DNA from: Dipteris shenzhenensis | Lineage: Eukaryota | Strand: one strand, 5' to 3' | DNA length: 64,000 nucleotides | Assembly (NCBI GenBank): GCA_047967505.1 | Contig: CM106538.1 | Shown: in pieces, positions 11,653 through 25,791 of the stretch | How positions within the stretch are numbered: position 1 is the first letter of the stretch | Layout of the letters: each line of letters begins with the position of its first letter | Program-made: the position numbers and the translations under genes | The notes under the pieces: generated by a model | Databases searched by the model: none | Seen by the model: only the letters and a program-made list of their open reading frames with translations | What the model was told of the DNA's origin: nothing

Positions 11653-11829
11653 TTGGGGCAGTATGTTGAAAAATGAGAAATTCCTATTAATTAGTCGTGG
11701 AGAAAAGAAGACGGGTGAAAAGGAAAAAGGGCAAGGCTGTGATTAAACTAGTGGGCATTAAAAAGGGAGCTAAGTGAGATTGGAGAGGCGGGGAAGGGAG
11801 CGCATTAAAGAACAAGTTGAATGATGAGA

Positions 11830-11976
11830 ATCATTCATAAGGCCTGCCCGAGATCAAAAAAGAAAACGAATTGGATGCATAGCATGGAAAAGAGGGCTGA
11901 AGCGGAGAGAGAGAGAGAGAGAGAGACAGAGAGGGGTGGGGGGAGGGGGAGGGAGATGAATTGGAGAGAGAGGGGG

Positions 11977-12018
<42 letters not shown>

Positions 12019-12780
12019 CTAGGGTGTTGGCATTCACTAGGCTTGCCCGAAATAAAAAGAAGAGAAAAACAGGGGGAAAATGGTGGAGATCACATGGTCC
12101 CAACTAATCACAAAAAAAGCAATGAAAATTTACAGAACACTGAATTTTCCCTTTCGCAAGGGAGGGTGCCTTTAGTAAGGCCTTCCCTAGAGGGTAGGCC
12201 AAAAAGGAACCTTGCCATAGGGGGAAGGGGAGAAGGGACCATTTATAATAGCTTAGTAGTAGAGCTCATGTGTGTGAAATCCAAGATTATGGATTCGTCG
12301 TCTCCCTTCTTGAATTTCACATTACTGTGCACCCCTCTTAAAACATAGGCTTAAAAGATTAGCCTATGCATAAAATAAATTAACACGCAGATAAACATAG
12401 GTTAATTAGGGGCCAAAAAATTTAGAAATAACAAGGTTCAATCATTCATAAGGTGTACCCGAGATCCAAAAAGAACTAAAGAACACGAATTAGATGCACA
12501 GTGGAGATGGTGTGCAGAAAAAGGGGCGGAGACTGTAAGAAATGATGAATTGAAAGATGAGAGAGAGAGAGAGAGAGAGAGAGACACACACACACACACA
12601 TATATAGAGAGAGAAATTGTTAGCTTATGCAAACCTGCATGCACTTCAAAACATAACAAAGTTGTAAGTGGAATGAAAAATATAATTGAGAGAGAGAGAG
12701 AGAGAGAGAGATGGCTAGCTTATGCAAACATGCATGCGCTTCAAAACATAACATAGTTGTAATTGGAATGAAAACATAAC
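11830..12780. repeat. GA/CA-microsatellite-bearing dispersed repeat units (related unit at ~31968-32100)
   Basis: aatcattcataagg...gagat motif followed by (GA)n at ~11830, ~12440 and ~31968. Confidence 0.6.
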
Positions 12781-12973
12781 TGAACATGTCTAGTGTCCCA
12801 ACAATTTAAGATTTCTCTAAACACTATCAAGTCACGCACAAGATGTCTTGTGGGGATCGAGACATGAAGAAGGATGTGGTCCACTCTTTGTCTATGACCA
12901 CCTAATGGAAGGCTAGCAGAGTTTTTGTGTTGGGTAAGTCAAGATTGCCTTTCCCATGCTAGGCCAAGATGCA

Positions 12974-13156
12974 AAGAAGGCAATGATATGTGCTACATTG
13001 AGTGTCCCTTGAGTGCATCTACAACTTGCCAATCACCTGTCATCTTGCCTTAGTAGGACGAGGAAGAAGGCAATGATATGTGTTACATTTAGTGTCCCTT
13101 GAGTGCATCTACAACTTGCCAATCACCCGTCATCTTGCCTTAGTAGGACGAGGAAG
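12974..13156. repeat. Tandem duplication, 2 x 90 bp
   Basis: aagaaggcaatgatatgtg...tagtaggacgaggaag is repeated with about 3 mismatches. Confidence 0.9.
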
Positions 13157-13404
13157 TGTGACCTAGACCGTCCAACATGTGCATCTATAGAAGTAGACAA
13201 GAAACTTGTAATAAAGGACTAACAACTATCAACAAACTAGTGGGCCTTATTGTGACATGAATCTTAGAGAATGATGCATGCATCAAGCTCATTTGTTGGT
13301 GGATCAAGATAGCAAGCCCCCTCTAAGACAATGATGTATTTGTCGGGTCATCTATTTGTACACCAATTGTTTGTGCATTAAGATTGCAAGCCCCCTTTAT
13401 TTTG

Positions 13405-13850
13405 GGTGAGAGAATAGAGAAAGATGGAGATTCAAAATACTATAACACTTAAAAAAGCATTAAAGCAAAAGCATCTAGTTTTGGTGGGGTTTTGAATTGA
13501 GCAAGGAGTGGGGGTGAGAGTGTTTGGATGCATCCTTGCAAAAAGGTAACCATAATGGTTTTCTCTGTAGTAGTAACCATCCAAGTAGTCACTAAGCTTT
13601 AAAGGGGCAAAGAGCCTGAGCATTGGGGTCAGACAGCAATCACGTTACAAGTTATTGAAGAATAAAGAGAGAGTGAGGGGAGTGCATAAGACACAAGATA
13701 GCTAATGATACACTATATTGAAATGAAGACGAACATACATATATACAACTTAACCCAATTAGGGTTAGGTTTATGCTAGTATTTGTCCCATGAAACCTAT
13801 TAGTCCTCTCTAGTGGTGCAATTTCTAGCATTCTCAACCCCCGCTCTTAA
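13405..13850 (-). mobile_element. Degenerate LTR with adjacent polypurine tract (copia-like)
   Basis: tctcaac followed by cccgctcttaag (PPT on the - strand). Layout resembles the LTR at 58395-58677. Boundaries approximate. Confidence 0.4.
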
Positions 13851-14649
13851 GTTTTACTAGATAAGCATAAGGTTCATATTTTTGAATTTTTTGAAAATTA
13901 AAAAGCCACACCATGGAACAGAGGTGCTTGAGCATAAAAATCTGTTAGTGCATTGGTGCACTATTAGAGGTTTTTTGGACTCCTTATGCTACACATAGTT
14001 TGGACTTTCTCATAGAGGACATATATATGTATGTATATATATATATATATATATAGTTAGTGTGACTATTGGGATTAGTAGTTTTGATAGATGAGTTCTT
14101 GGAAAAATCATGCATCCGAGGAACATGATTAGTTGAGCATAAAGGCACACTATTCCATATTCGTTTATAAATGGTATGGTGGATTTTTCCAAAAACTATT
14201 CAAAATGTCACAAAGATGGTAAATATGCATGTATGAAAATTATATGTAGCATGGTCCTGATGAAGGCAAAATAAGATATGCTTGATAAAAATAAGAGGCA
14301 AAATAAGAGTTATATGCAAGGAGATTGCCTCTTATAGGTGGTTATATGCAAGGAGATTCCCTCTTATTAATATCTTCATGTCATCTTGTGTGGGCATTGT
14401 GTTAGGCTTCAATTCATGCATTGAATGTACTTGAGTCCAATAGTTCATCCTTCTTCACCCTTCTCTATCAAGAATTTGAAGGGTCTTGAAAACAGGTACA
14501 CACTCCCCATAATTTTCTCAGCTACATGCTAAACGTCACTATAGAAAAAAGAGGTACCTAGTACACCATTCTCTATCAACAAGTTGAAGGGTGCTGAGAA
14601 AGGGATGCGTAGTCCCTATAATTTTCTTAGCTGCTAAGATCTCACCTTT

Positions 14650-16990
14650 TCGAGCATTTCATTCTCTCCTTTCCTCTTCTTTTTCCCTCTCTTTTTTCCT
14701 CTCTTTTCCTCTCTTTATCCTCTTTTCATCTCTTTTCCCCTCTCTTTCATTCTCTCATTTCCTCTCTTTCCTTCTCTCTTTTCCTTCTCTTTCCCTCTCT
14801 TCTCCTCCTCTCTTTTATTCTCTCTTTTCCTCTCTTTCCTTCTCTCTTTTCCTCCTCTCTTTCCTTCTCTCTTTCCTTCTCTTTCCATCTCTTCTCCTCC
14901 TCTCTTTCATTCTCTTTTTTCCTCTCTTTTCCTCTCTTTCCTTCTCCCTTTTCCTTCTCTCTTTCCTTCTCTCTTTTCCTTCTCTTTCCATCTCTTCTCC
15001 TCCTCTCTTTCATTCTCTCTTTTCCTCTCTTTTCCTCTCTTTCCTTCTCTCTTTTCCTCCTCTCTTTCCTTCTCTCTTTTCCTTCTCTTTCTATCTCTTC
15101 TCCTCCTCTCTTTCATTCTTTATTTTCCTCTCTTTCCTTGTCTCTTTTCCTCCTCCCTTTCCTCTCTTTCATTCTCTCCTTTCCTCTTCTTTTCCCCTCT
15201 CATTTTCCCTCTATTTTCCTCTCTTTTCCCCCTCTCTTTTCCTCTCTTTCATTCCTCTCTTTTCCTTCTCTTTCCCTCTCTTTTTCTCCTCTCTTTTATT
15301 CTCTCTTTTCCTCTCTTTTCCTCTCTCTTTTACTTTCTCTTTTCCTCTCTTTTCCTTTCTCTTTCCTTCCTCTCTTTTCCTCTCTTTCATCCTCTCTTCC
15401 TCTCTTTCATCCTCTTCTCTCTTTTCCTCTCTCTTTTCCTTTCTCTTTTCCTCTCTTTTCCTTTCACTTTTTCATCCTCTCTTTCATCCTCTTCTCTCTT
15501 TTTCTCTCTTTTCCTCTCTTTCATTCTCTTTTTTCCTCTCTTTCCTTTTCTCTTTTCCTCCTTTCCTCTTTTCTTCTATTTTTCTCGTTTCCTCTCCTTT
15601 CATCTCTTTTCCTACTCTCCTTTCCTCTCTTTCCTTTAACCCTTCCTTCTCTCTTTTCCTCCTCTCTTTCCTTCTATCCTTTGCTTTCTTTTCCTGTCTT
15701 TCATTCTCTCCTTTCCTGTTCTTTTCCCCTCTTTTTTCCTCTCTTTTTCTCTCTTTCATCCTCTCTTCCTCGCTTTTTCCCTCTCTTTCCCTCTCTTTCA
15801 TTCCTCTCTTTTCCTCCTTTACCCCTCTCTTTCATTCTCTCTTTTGCTCTTCATTCTTTTTTCCTCTCTTTTCCTCTCTTTCATCCTCTCTTCCTCTTCT
15901 CTCTTTCTCTCTCTTTTCCTCTCTTTCCTTCTCTCTTTTCCTCTCTTTCCTTCTCTCCTCTTTCCTTCTCTCTTTTCCTCTTTTCCTCTCTTTTCTTCTC
16001 TCTTTTCCTCTCTTTTCCTTCTCTCTTTTCCTCTCTTTCCTTTAAGCCTTCCTTCTCTCTTTTCCTCCTCTCTCTTTCCTTCTCTCCTTTCCTCTCTTTT
16101 CCTCTCTTTCATTCTCTCCTTTCCTCTTCTTCTCCTCTCTTTCATTCTCTCCTTTCATCTTCTTTTCCCCTCTCTTTTTTCCTCTCTTTCATCCTCTCTT
16201 CCTCTCTTTTCCCCTCTCTTTTCCTCTCTTTCATTTCTCTCTTTTCCTTCTCTTTCCCTCTCTTTTCCTCCTATCTTTCATTCTCTCTTTTCCTCTTCAT
16301 TCTTTCCCCCTCTCTTTTTTCATCTCTTTTCCTCTCTTTCATCCTCTCTTCCTCGCTTTCATCTTCTTCTTTCTTTTCCTCTCTTTTCCTCTCTCTTTTC
16401 CTTTCTCTTTTCCTCTCTTTTTTCCTCTCTTTCCTTCTCTCTTTTCCTCTCTTTCATTCCTCACTTTTCCTCTCTTTTATCCTCTTCTCTCTTTTCCTCT
16501 CTCTTTTCCTTTCTCTTTTTATTTCTTTTCCTTTCACTCTTTCATCCTCTTTTGCTCTCTTTCCTTCTCTCTTTTCCTCTCTTTCCTTCTCTCTTTTTCT
16601 CTTTTCCTCTCTTTTCTTCTCTTTTCCTCTTTTCATCTCTTTTCTTTGCTCTTTTCCTCTCTTTTCCTTCTCTCCTTTCCTCTTTTTCCTTTAAGCCTTC
16701 ATTCTCTCTTTTCCTCTTCTTTTCCCCTCTCTGTTTTCCTCTCTTTTCCTCTTTTCCTCTCTGCTCTTCTCTTTTCCTCTCTTTTCTCCTTTCTTTTCCT
16801 TTCTTTTCCTTCTCTCCTTTCCTCTCTTTCCTTTAAGCTTTCATTCTCTCTTTTCCTCCTCTTTTCTGCGCTCTCTTTTTTCCTCTCTTTCATCCTCTCT
16901 TCATCTCTTTCATTCTCTCTTTTCCCCTCTCTTTTCTCCTCTCTTTTTCCTCTTTGTCATCTCTCTTCTTCTTCTTATTCTCCACCTCTT
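14650..16990. repeat. ~2.3-kb polypyrimidine (C/T) low-complexity tract
   Basis: Almost exclusively C/T, built from ttttcctctc / tttcatcctctc variants. The overlapping ORFs are compositional artefacts. Confidence 0.97.
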
Positions 16991-17049
16991 TTTACCGAGG
17001 AGAAGACTGAGGAAGGCATAAAACACCCTACGGGATCCCCGTAAGCTTT

Positions 17050-19635
17050 GGAGAGACTGCTACGAATGACTATATAGCAAGGATGACACTATAAAGGACA
17101 TAATGGATTGTGTAGAGGCCTTCATGGACTGCAAGTATGTAATCCATGAAGAGTTTGATTATATATTAGAAGAAGGGGAAGATGAGGACCGGAGTGACCC
17201 ATCTAGCGGTGAGGAGGAGGAAAGTATCTCGGATAGTAATAAAGAGCTGTAGACCTCTTCCTCTATTTTGGCATTTTTGGAGAATGCCTCTTTTAGAGAC
17301 AGATTTTGCTTAACAATACTAGTTCCGTGATATTTTTTGTGTATGAGAACTCTTCTTTAACAATATTATTTTTTGTGATATTTTTTGTATATGAAAACTC
17401 TCTTGGATTCCACTTGTGTCAAGTAAATAATTGTCCTTTCATAATTGTCTTTTCATAAAATTTTAAAGTAAATAATTATCTTTTCATAGTTTTATTAGTT
17501 TGAATTTAAGTCTGAAGTAATAAATTATCTTTAAAGTAAATTGTCTTTTCGATTCTTACCCCCTTTTGTGGTTGTTTTTATTTTTATGTTTGTGTCTACA
17601 TTTGTCCAATCTCCCCAAATTAGACATGGCATCACGTCGCACGTCCGGAGAGTACAAAACCCCTCATAGGAGAAAACCTCATGATCTATACTCTCTAGAG
17701 GACTTTGATTCCCTTCAAGTGACTCCTCAGGGGCCTACCCTTGTGACTACCCCTGGCCGACTCCTCTTAGGCCTAGTACTATGACTACCCCTTGGGGAAC
17801 TCCTTTGTTAGTAGCCTATGGCTTCCTCGGGAGTCTCGACGAGTTTGTCGCATCCATGAGCGATGGGGATGTAGCGAGATACTTCTCTTTACTGTCCCAG
17901 AGGATCTCAGCTATTCCCTCTCCTACACCCCTCAGGGGTAGATCAAGGCCATCGACGGCTATACCTACTTGACAACCATCCCCTGTAGCCCCTTCGACCG
18001 AGGGGTCATCACTTGGGCATACCCACCGTAAGTCCCAGAAGACTAGGAAGGGTCGAGGCTGTTGTGGTGACTCAAGGGATGTAGACGAGTCAGCACACTC
18101 TCATCCCTACAGGTCTCCACTTGGTCATGAGACCCAGTACTAGTTAGGTCCCTCGCCCTCTCTACTCATAGGAAGAGGCACCCTAGAGCCCACTCCCTCT
18201 ACTATTCCTCGCTCCATAAGCACTCGTAGTACCACCCCTTGCTCTAGCTCTGCTATTGCCACTCCCACTCCCCCGCCCCTACCTGAGGATCTGTACTATG
18301 ACCTCACTCGGAGTAAAGAGATCATAGAAAATAAAAAAGGGCAAAGAAGTGATAGCCACCATTAGGCGGTTGATGAGCCACCATTTCAAAAGTGGCATAC
18401 AATTGACTGGCGGCACTAGGATGATGAAAAGAAGAAGGAAATCATCGAGGAATTGAAACGAAAATACCCTAACCCCTCCAATTGTGAGCCCGATGACAAT
18501 TACATGCAAGAGCGCATGTGTATTGTCTTGAAGCATCGCAAGTCAAGCTTGTGAGATGCCATCGTGGCAACGAAGAAGCCTAAATCTAGCTAGGCAGATA
18601 AAGTTGATTGGAAGTTTTTGAAGAAGGAGTTGAGGGCCAACCCCCAAAAGTTTGACAATCAGAGGAGGGCTGCGAGGAGACGGCTGGACACCATAGGTGC
18701 TTCACACCTTGGAAGTGGCAGAACGGGTGCGTTCAAGGCATGGGCGGTAAGTCTACTTCTTCTCATTTAATTAATTATTCTATTTGTTTTGTTACATATT
18801 GCATGCACTTTATCTAACTCTCGTAATTTAGATCCACAACAATCTGTGATTGGTCACCTTCCCACAAACGAAGAGACAAGATGCGCATTCCGTATAGGAG
18901 TGAGGCTCTGGTTTATTAAGATGGAGGCATAGGGAGTGGTAGTCAATTGGGATGTGGTGGCTACTCACTTGGTATAAGTCTACTCCAACTTGTAGTCTCA
19001 CTTTTAAATAGTTTTATTCTTTAAGTTCCAATTTAATTTCAAATTAAAATGGTTTCACTTTTGGGGTGCAAACTCGAACGTCCTATCAGCGAAGGCGAGT
19101 GACAAGGAGGCAGTTCTCATGGGATTTGGCTTAGACAACTTTTACAAGGGCCAGGGCAACGACGATGACTCCAACGGAGGTCACGAGGGCCAGGGCGATA
19201 ATGATGACTTTGACGAGTCGGATGAGCAATACAAGGTTGTATATACTTCGACATGTATATGATTTTGTTTGTTGGCTCGTTTGAGCGATCACCCTTTTCA
19301 CAAGGGAAATTTTGTAGCAAACAAGGTTTGAGAGTTTTATGTAGCCTGTTTGCTTGTAACATTCTTTTGTAATACAAAAAAATAAACATTAGTGGGGAAA
19401 AATGGGGCCACAACAAGCCCTTTTTTGCCCCACTAAAAATGTTTTTATTCATGTTAAACATTGGTATATATCGACACTTTACCAGTGTCGGTATATATTG
19501 ACCTTTACCAGTGTTGGTATATACTGATGCTTATATAGCAACATAAATACCAACCTTTTCACCTGTTAAAAAAAAAACTTTTTAGTTTAAAAAAGTTCAG
19601 TATTTGTGTCGAAAAATGGCCTATACCTTGTAGTG
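17050..19635 (+). mobile_element. CACTA (En/Spm) 3' remnant: probable acidic TnpD tail, decayed TnpA-like gene, subterminal repeats, terminus ...CTTGTAGTG
   Basis: EELKRKYPNPSN..SHLGSG (18450-18750) parallels RSRYPNPPN..THFGAGG of the TnpA-like gene at 42-43 kb. accagtgtcggtatata repeats lie at 19460-19530. The end is the reverse complement of CACTACAAG. Confidence 0.7.
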
Positions 19636-20648
19636 ATATTTGCAAATAAAAAATATGTACTTCCCCAATAGAAACAAGGTCTGGCCATTATGAGACACTC
19701 AAAGATAGGATTGTGCAAAGTTTCCCAACATACACCTACAGTATACCTACACAAACTTTTGAAACTTGTGCCAATGCATGGACTAAAATATCCAAGTAAT
19801 TACACATGTCACACCATACAAACTAGGTCAGCAGACCAATTTGAAAGTTACAATGAGTACATAGAAGTTATTGAAAGAAAGGTTTGATGACCATCCAACA
19901 CACATATAAGGTATAAGTATGCTAATTAATGTACAAGTCCTTGACACTTGTACACCATACATATTTTATGACTATCAAACACAAATACCTATGGTATAAG
20001 TATAACAATGCACAATTTTTTGGTCCTTATACACCATTCATGGTGTAAAATTAGAAAATGTGCATGCCCCACCTCATAAAATATGCTAGAACCATATGAA
20101 TTTTTTGTATGGATATATACCTTACTGACAAAGGATCATGAAAGGTTTCATGACCATGGACTAGAATACATACATGTATGCTATGGGTTTCCATGCTCAA
20201 TTTTTTGATAACTGTGCACTATGCATAGTCCAAAATGAGGAAAGAAAATATGCATATCCTAGCATACAAATGATATCATATCCATGTCAAAGTTTGCAAG
20301 TATATGGGCCGTACTCATTAAAAGGTCTTTGCAACATTTCATGGCCATTAGAGGCATGCATTGAGGCTATAAGCAAATAGATGCACAAATTTTCCACACA
20401 TGTGCATCATGTATGGTAACAAAAGAGAATATATTCATCCAAAACGATATAGGTATCAACGTTTGACCATTATGAGAGATTGCCAGTATATGAACCCTAT
20501 TGAAAAAAAGATCTAAGAAAATTTTTGTTACCATCAAACCATGGCATTTTTAGCATGCAACTAATTAAAATTACACTTTTAAGGTTTTCAATGACTCCAA
20601 TGCTAGGAGGTCATCAGTGTCCACCTCCCTAAACCCTAGGGGTGTGAG

Positions 20649-22830
20649 CTAGGCTCGAAAGCGATCTAAATGCTTCACGAACCTGGGTTCTTGATTGAAC
20701 AAGTACTTCAAATAATCAATTGGGACCCATCTTTTTGTAGACTCATCAAGTTGATATGCAAAACTCGCGATGTAGTCTTGCATGTACTTGATGAGGTCTT
20801 CAAAATCGTCTCGGGCTCCTAAGTAGGTGCTTAGGACATCTATGCTCTTATCAAAGACTGGAAATAACTCCTCCTCTCTATCAATTAATGGAGTATGGGA
20901 GATGAAATCGTGGAAGGCAGACCTAGTAGAATTCATGGTAGTTTGGTAGCTAGGAGAACTATGGCTATGATAGTGAAACTTTGAAACTAAAGTAACTTTA
21001 TAACCTATATATACCCAAATGTTCTAAATATAAAAAATAAAAAGAATTATAAAATTTTTGGGAAAAACTTGACATTGACATGAAACAAAACCATTCAAAA
21101 CATCAAAATTAATTGCACCACTATATTAATTGGAAAATGTTAAAATCCACAATTGTTCCACCCCACATTTTCTAGACAATCTTTAATATTGCAGGAGGGA
21201 TAAAAGTGGCACTATGCACGAGCTTCTCTACACGCTTTCCTACCTTTTCACCATTTAAGGCAAAGTGAAAGGACTCAGACATGCCATCCTCCATGACTAA
21301 TAGGTGTTCCCACATGTCCCTGAGAGTCCACTGTGACGTGACAGTCACGTTCTTGACATCTCCTAAATAAGAACCAATACATAAACTTACCCCTGTATTA
21401 TCATCATCGTTAGAGTCAAGGGGGAGCCAATTGCCACCTGTTTTCTTCCAGCCCCTATATTGGAAAGCAAAATATAACATTTGGCGGGAGATGTGGTACT
21501 TGACAACCACATTGTCCTTACATACATGGCATTGAAACAGATCACCCTTTTGTTCACCTGACCTGCTTCCCCAATTCACCCCAAGCAATTCGTCAAGGGC
21601 ATTCTCATGTAGGCACTTGCATGACCACATGGTTTTTGTTCTATGCATTAGGGGAGAATTGGGGTCTCCAAAGGGCCCAATTTCAAGGGATTAGTGAGGG
21701 ATTTGAGGTGTACCAATGGGAATGCTCCTTTTTGTGGGGCAATGCCATGTTGAGGTGGCATGTGCATAATAAATGCCAAAGGAAATAGGTGGTTTCAATT
21801 GGAAAAACCATGTTGTGCTGAAAGAAAACCATGGATTTTGAGGAGATATTTAATGCATGGCAAGTGGCCTTGCAAGTGGGAGGAGGGAGGAAATCCCACG
21901 AGAGTGACATGTGGCACTTCGCTTCCCAAAGTAGGGACCAGAATAGTGAGCAGCCCCGTGTGGCTACCACATGGCACAACCCACCGCCACCTGCCTAAGC
22001 CACCTACCAAAAATTTAATACGCGACTGGCATGCATGTAGGGAATAGAACCCACAACCACTTGTACATCATTCAAGAGCCTTGACCACTAGGCCACCAAG
22101 CCAATGGTGACACTTCTCCCTACCATGTGAGATATAAAATAGCCCTCCTTCATTTGGTGGATCCTTGAGCATTAATGTAAGGCAAAACCATGTATAGTCT
22201 TCTAAAACCACCTTGTCATGCTTTATGACCCTTACACGTAGGATTGTATTAGGGAGACTAATCTTTTCTTAATCCATTCCTTATGAGGTACTTTCAAGAC
22301 CCCAAATCTCCCCTAATGCATCTAGATATTATGAAAACAAGAAGCAAAAATGTGCAGAGGCATAAACCAAGACAACCTTACCCATTTAGAGCCAAATGTA
22401 AACTTCATGGCCATGCCCACATCCTTTGCAATCTTTTCCTTATATGATTGCATTGTTCTTATGTCCATGCTGCAATCCATGTCTTCAAGTTGTGGTGTTG
22501 CAATGCATTGAAGATGGCCATAGCCTGATGCCATCCTTGGAGTAATGTACTTGGCATCATACCAATAGATATTTCTCTGTTTCAAAGCAGAGGACTTCTC
22601 TCCAACATGCATTTGCCTTCCTAAATCCTCATGAATGGCAGTAAACTTACCTAAGAAGCACTCGACTGGTTCCCACTCCCAAAGTCTGAAGGAAATACAT
22701 CTGGATAGAAATGGCATGTTGATATGGCCCTTTCCTGTAGAGGGGACCCCTCAAGGGCCGTATCGTCAATTGCATTTTGCTTAATTGCACAACGGAATAC
22801 ATTTTCCTTAGTACACAAATATATAACTCC
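20649..22830 (-). pseudogene. Decayed coding region(s) of unknown family, probably TE-borne
   Basis: Protein-like ORFs 22322-22717, 21172-21648 and 20649-20936 share one strand. Several in-frame stops are TAA/TGA at plausible CAA/CGA positions. No family recognised. Confidence 0.4.
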
Positions 22831-23250
22831 AAGAACCAGCACTGTGGCTTTCATAGATCTCCTCCTATTTGCCAGTGCATTGGTTGTCATAGACCTCCTC
22901 CTGTAATACATAAAAATAGGTAACGGAGCTATAACTCCAAGAACCAGTGTGGTGGTCTCTCCAAGACAACCTTGAATTCTGGGCGATGATAGGTGGTTAG
23001 GCCAGAGACTGTGCTGTGGCGATGCTGAAAATGATAGATTGCATCTCATTATTAGGCCAAAAACTAGCGCAGTACTCTTTTCAAGCCAACCTATGATTTA
23101 CATGGGCTACGGGCAAAGAAGTGGCAAAAGGTTGCATGATGGCAAGTGGTTAGGTTAGAGACTGTGCTGCCACGGTGTTCAGAATGATAGATTGTGTATA
23201 ATTATCACAACAAGAACTAGTGCAATGGTCTCTCCAAGCCAACCTTTAAT
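22820..23250. repeat. Imperfect tandem repeats (~100-150 bp units)
   Basis: Recurring taactccaagaaccag, agagactgtgctg..aatgatagattg and tctccaagccaacct blocks. Confidence 0.6.
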
Positions 23251-25791
23251 TTTAATGATCTGCATGGGTGCGTGCCTAGTGACAGGTGGCAAAGCTGCAA
23301 TAAAAGGCTGCATGATTATAAGTGATCAGGCGACGTCACCCAGAGACTTCACTACACGAAGCAATACAGAGATGCCATGTGTCGAGCTATGCAGTGTTTT
23401 GAACAAATAGATTGCATCTCACTATGATGCCAGTGCGCCCTCATGACATTGGGAAATTTTTTGACGAGAGCGCGGTTCCACGTAGAATTTAAATATTCAC
23501 CCACGAGCACATCACATCGCGGCCCCAAAATGGCCTCAAAAATAGTTTCATGATTAGCTACACCCAAGCAAACATTGATGCATCACTAAGTAGGTTATTG
23601 AATTGATAATGATTGTTTTTAAAATTATTTCTATGATCACAAAGGAAGCAACTTGCAAAGGACATGGCACTAGAGTTTGTATTTAGGATGGAGATGATTT
23701 TATGCTGTAAAAGATAAGGAATTACATTTGATAGAATACATCTTTTTCTCTATTAAGGAGAGGTTTGGGGGAGGACGATTGGATGAATATGGTTCGTTGG
23801 ATTATAACAATTTGAAAGATTAATTTATGATCATTGGATCGTTGGATGAACAGGCAGTTAATTGGACACTTAGCTTTTGGCAATTTCTTCTTTTATCCCC
23901 ATTGCATCTCTACTCTACATTCATCAAGATCCTACTACTCACTTTGAAGCCATGTTAATATTCCATCTTCAAGAAGAAGACGAGAGCTTCACGACACCGG
24001 AAAAAAACCCACTCAAGAGTTCGAGGAGCAGATCATTCGTCGTAATCATATCTCTGTTGCCATTAGAGCTTTTCTAAATAGTTGCTAGAGCATTAAATCT
24101 TTGTGGAAGAGTAGCAAAGAACTCTTGTGTGTTTGAACTTGCGATGACTTTTCTAGCACAACTTGTGCAGCAAAAGGAAGAGACCGAATGTTTTGAAATG
24201 ATCAAGAAAAAACTCTGCTTGCCTAAACCTAGAACAAGCGATGAGATTATTCCTCAATAATAAACTGGCAAATTGCTGAGTGTTTTTAGATGATTCAACC
24301 TGTGGCAAGCTTTGGGAAGCTCTTCTTGATGAAATTGGGCTCAGTTCTTTAAATTCTGGCAAAAATCCAAATGTTTTACAACACAGAATGTGGCAATGCA
24401 TCATCCAAACCTGAAGAAATCATAAATCACAGTATTAGCTTGTAGATCTAAGAGACATCTCACTGATTTTTGAAACACTATCGTTTTTCGTTGCTCATTT
24501 AATCACGCATGCAACATCTTTTATAGTAAGAGCCAACCACTAATCCTACAAAACCAAGTCTTACTTGAACAATGTTACCACAACCTTCCTCTTGGATTTG
24601 GTGCAATCCTACTGTTCATAGCATAGATAGCTCGGAAATATTTTTAGATTTCATCGTGACTTGCCACGGGTTTTGCACTAGTGATGGTAATCGAAATAGC
24701 TATATGGCATTTTAGAAGACTTGGCAAAGAAAAGTTAATTCTTAGCCCACATGTCAAGATTGAATGCAAATGTGTAGATTTGGAAGTCCTTGGAGATATT
24801 ATGCCCTACAATCTATCAAACAAAGGTATTATAGAGATGAGACTTATCCAAAAGATTTCAATCAGGAATACAAAGTGTATCTCTTTATATTTTAGAGTAA
24901 GAGATATTCCTAAGGATGGTTGCAAAGGAGGAAGTAGAAGGACATATAGATGAAGAATTATCATAGAATCTCATGTATCTGAAACTTTCGTGTGACAATT
25001 GTAAGGAAAGATTATGTACTCTCTTCAATTGTTACTCCTTGAGAACATTGATTTACCAAATGTCTTTCATGATCATGTATATTACATGTAGTTTTCATCA
25101 AAGAAGATTAATAAGTCTTAGGGAAATATATAGTATACTTGCAAAGTGCTTGTTATTCTTTGGAATAAGAAACGGACTTCTAAATGCCTTCTCTATTTGA
25201 ATATATGTATTTTGTGAGCATTGATTTTTATGTTCAAGTTTAAATACAAGTTTAAAAAATCAATTTAGGACGATTTAGTAATGTTTTTTAGTTTTTGTGT
25301 TTGCAGAGTTGTTTCCTCTTTTATTAGGTACAAATGTATTTTCTTTCATAGCCCAAATTTTGTATTATTACTACAAAATTATAGTATCCTAAAATTAATT
25401 TTGTATTGAGAAATGATTTTTGGTTTTGTCCAAAAATTTAAAAGGAACATTAAAAACTAATGAAATACGCCTATAGCGGAGAGGATGATGCAAGATTCTA
25501 CCTAGAGAGACTTTTGTTGTAATTCTCAATTTTTTTCTTAAGGGTGTCCTCGAAGGCTCATTATTGATAAATCTTGTGCAGTTGTGGTGCTTCTGTTGGT
25601 GTGATCTTAATAGAGTCGATATGATCTTCTTCGAGTCCAAGAAGTCAACATAATGCTGTAGAAGGGGGTCACATTAGTGAATTCCTGCACTATGCTCTCT
25701 TCTCAAATACATACATGAAATGTGTGATTGAAGGTTGCACTCGCTATTTCACTCTCGTGCTATTGGACAAGCAGCTCTTCACTCTAGTAAG

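Noticed and set aside
14591-17044. Long F/S/L-rich and E/R/K-rich ORFs (up to 518 aa)
   Set aside because: They arise from the stop-free C/T tract and are open in several frames on both strands.
14537-19635. CACTATAG at 14537 as the left TIR pairing with the 19635 end
   Set aside because: The match stops after CACTA, and the flanking 3-mers (cgt/ata) are not a TSD.
23880-25200. Short protein-like frames, considered as an endogenous viral fragment
   Set aside because: No motif I can assign; the frames are short and interrupted.
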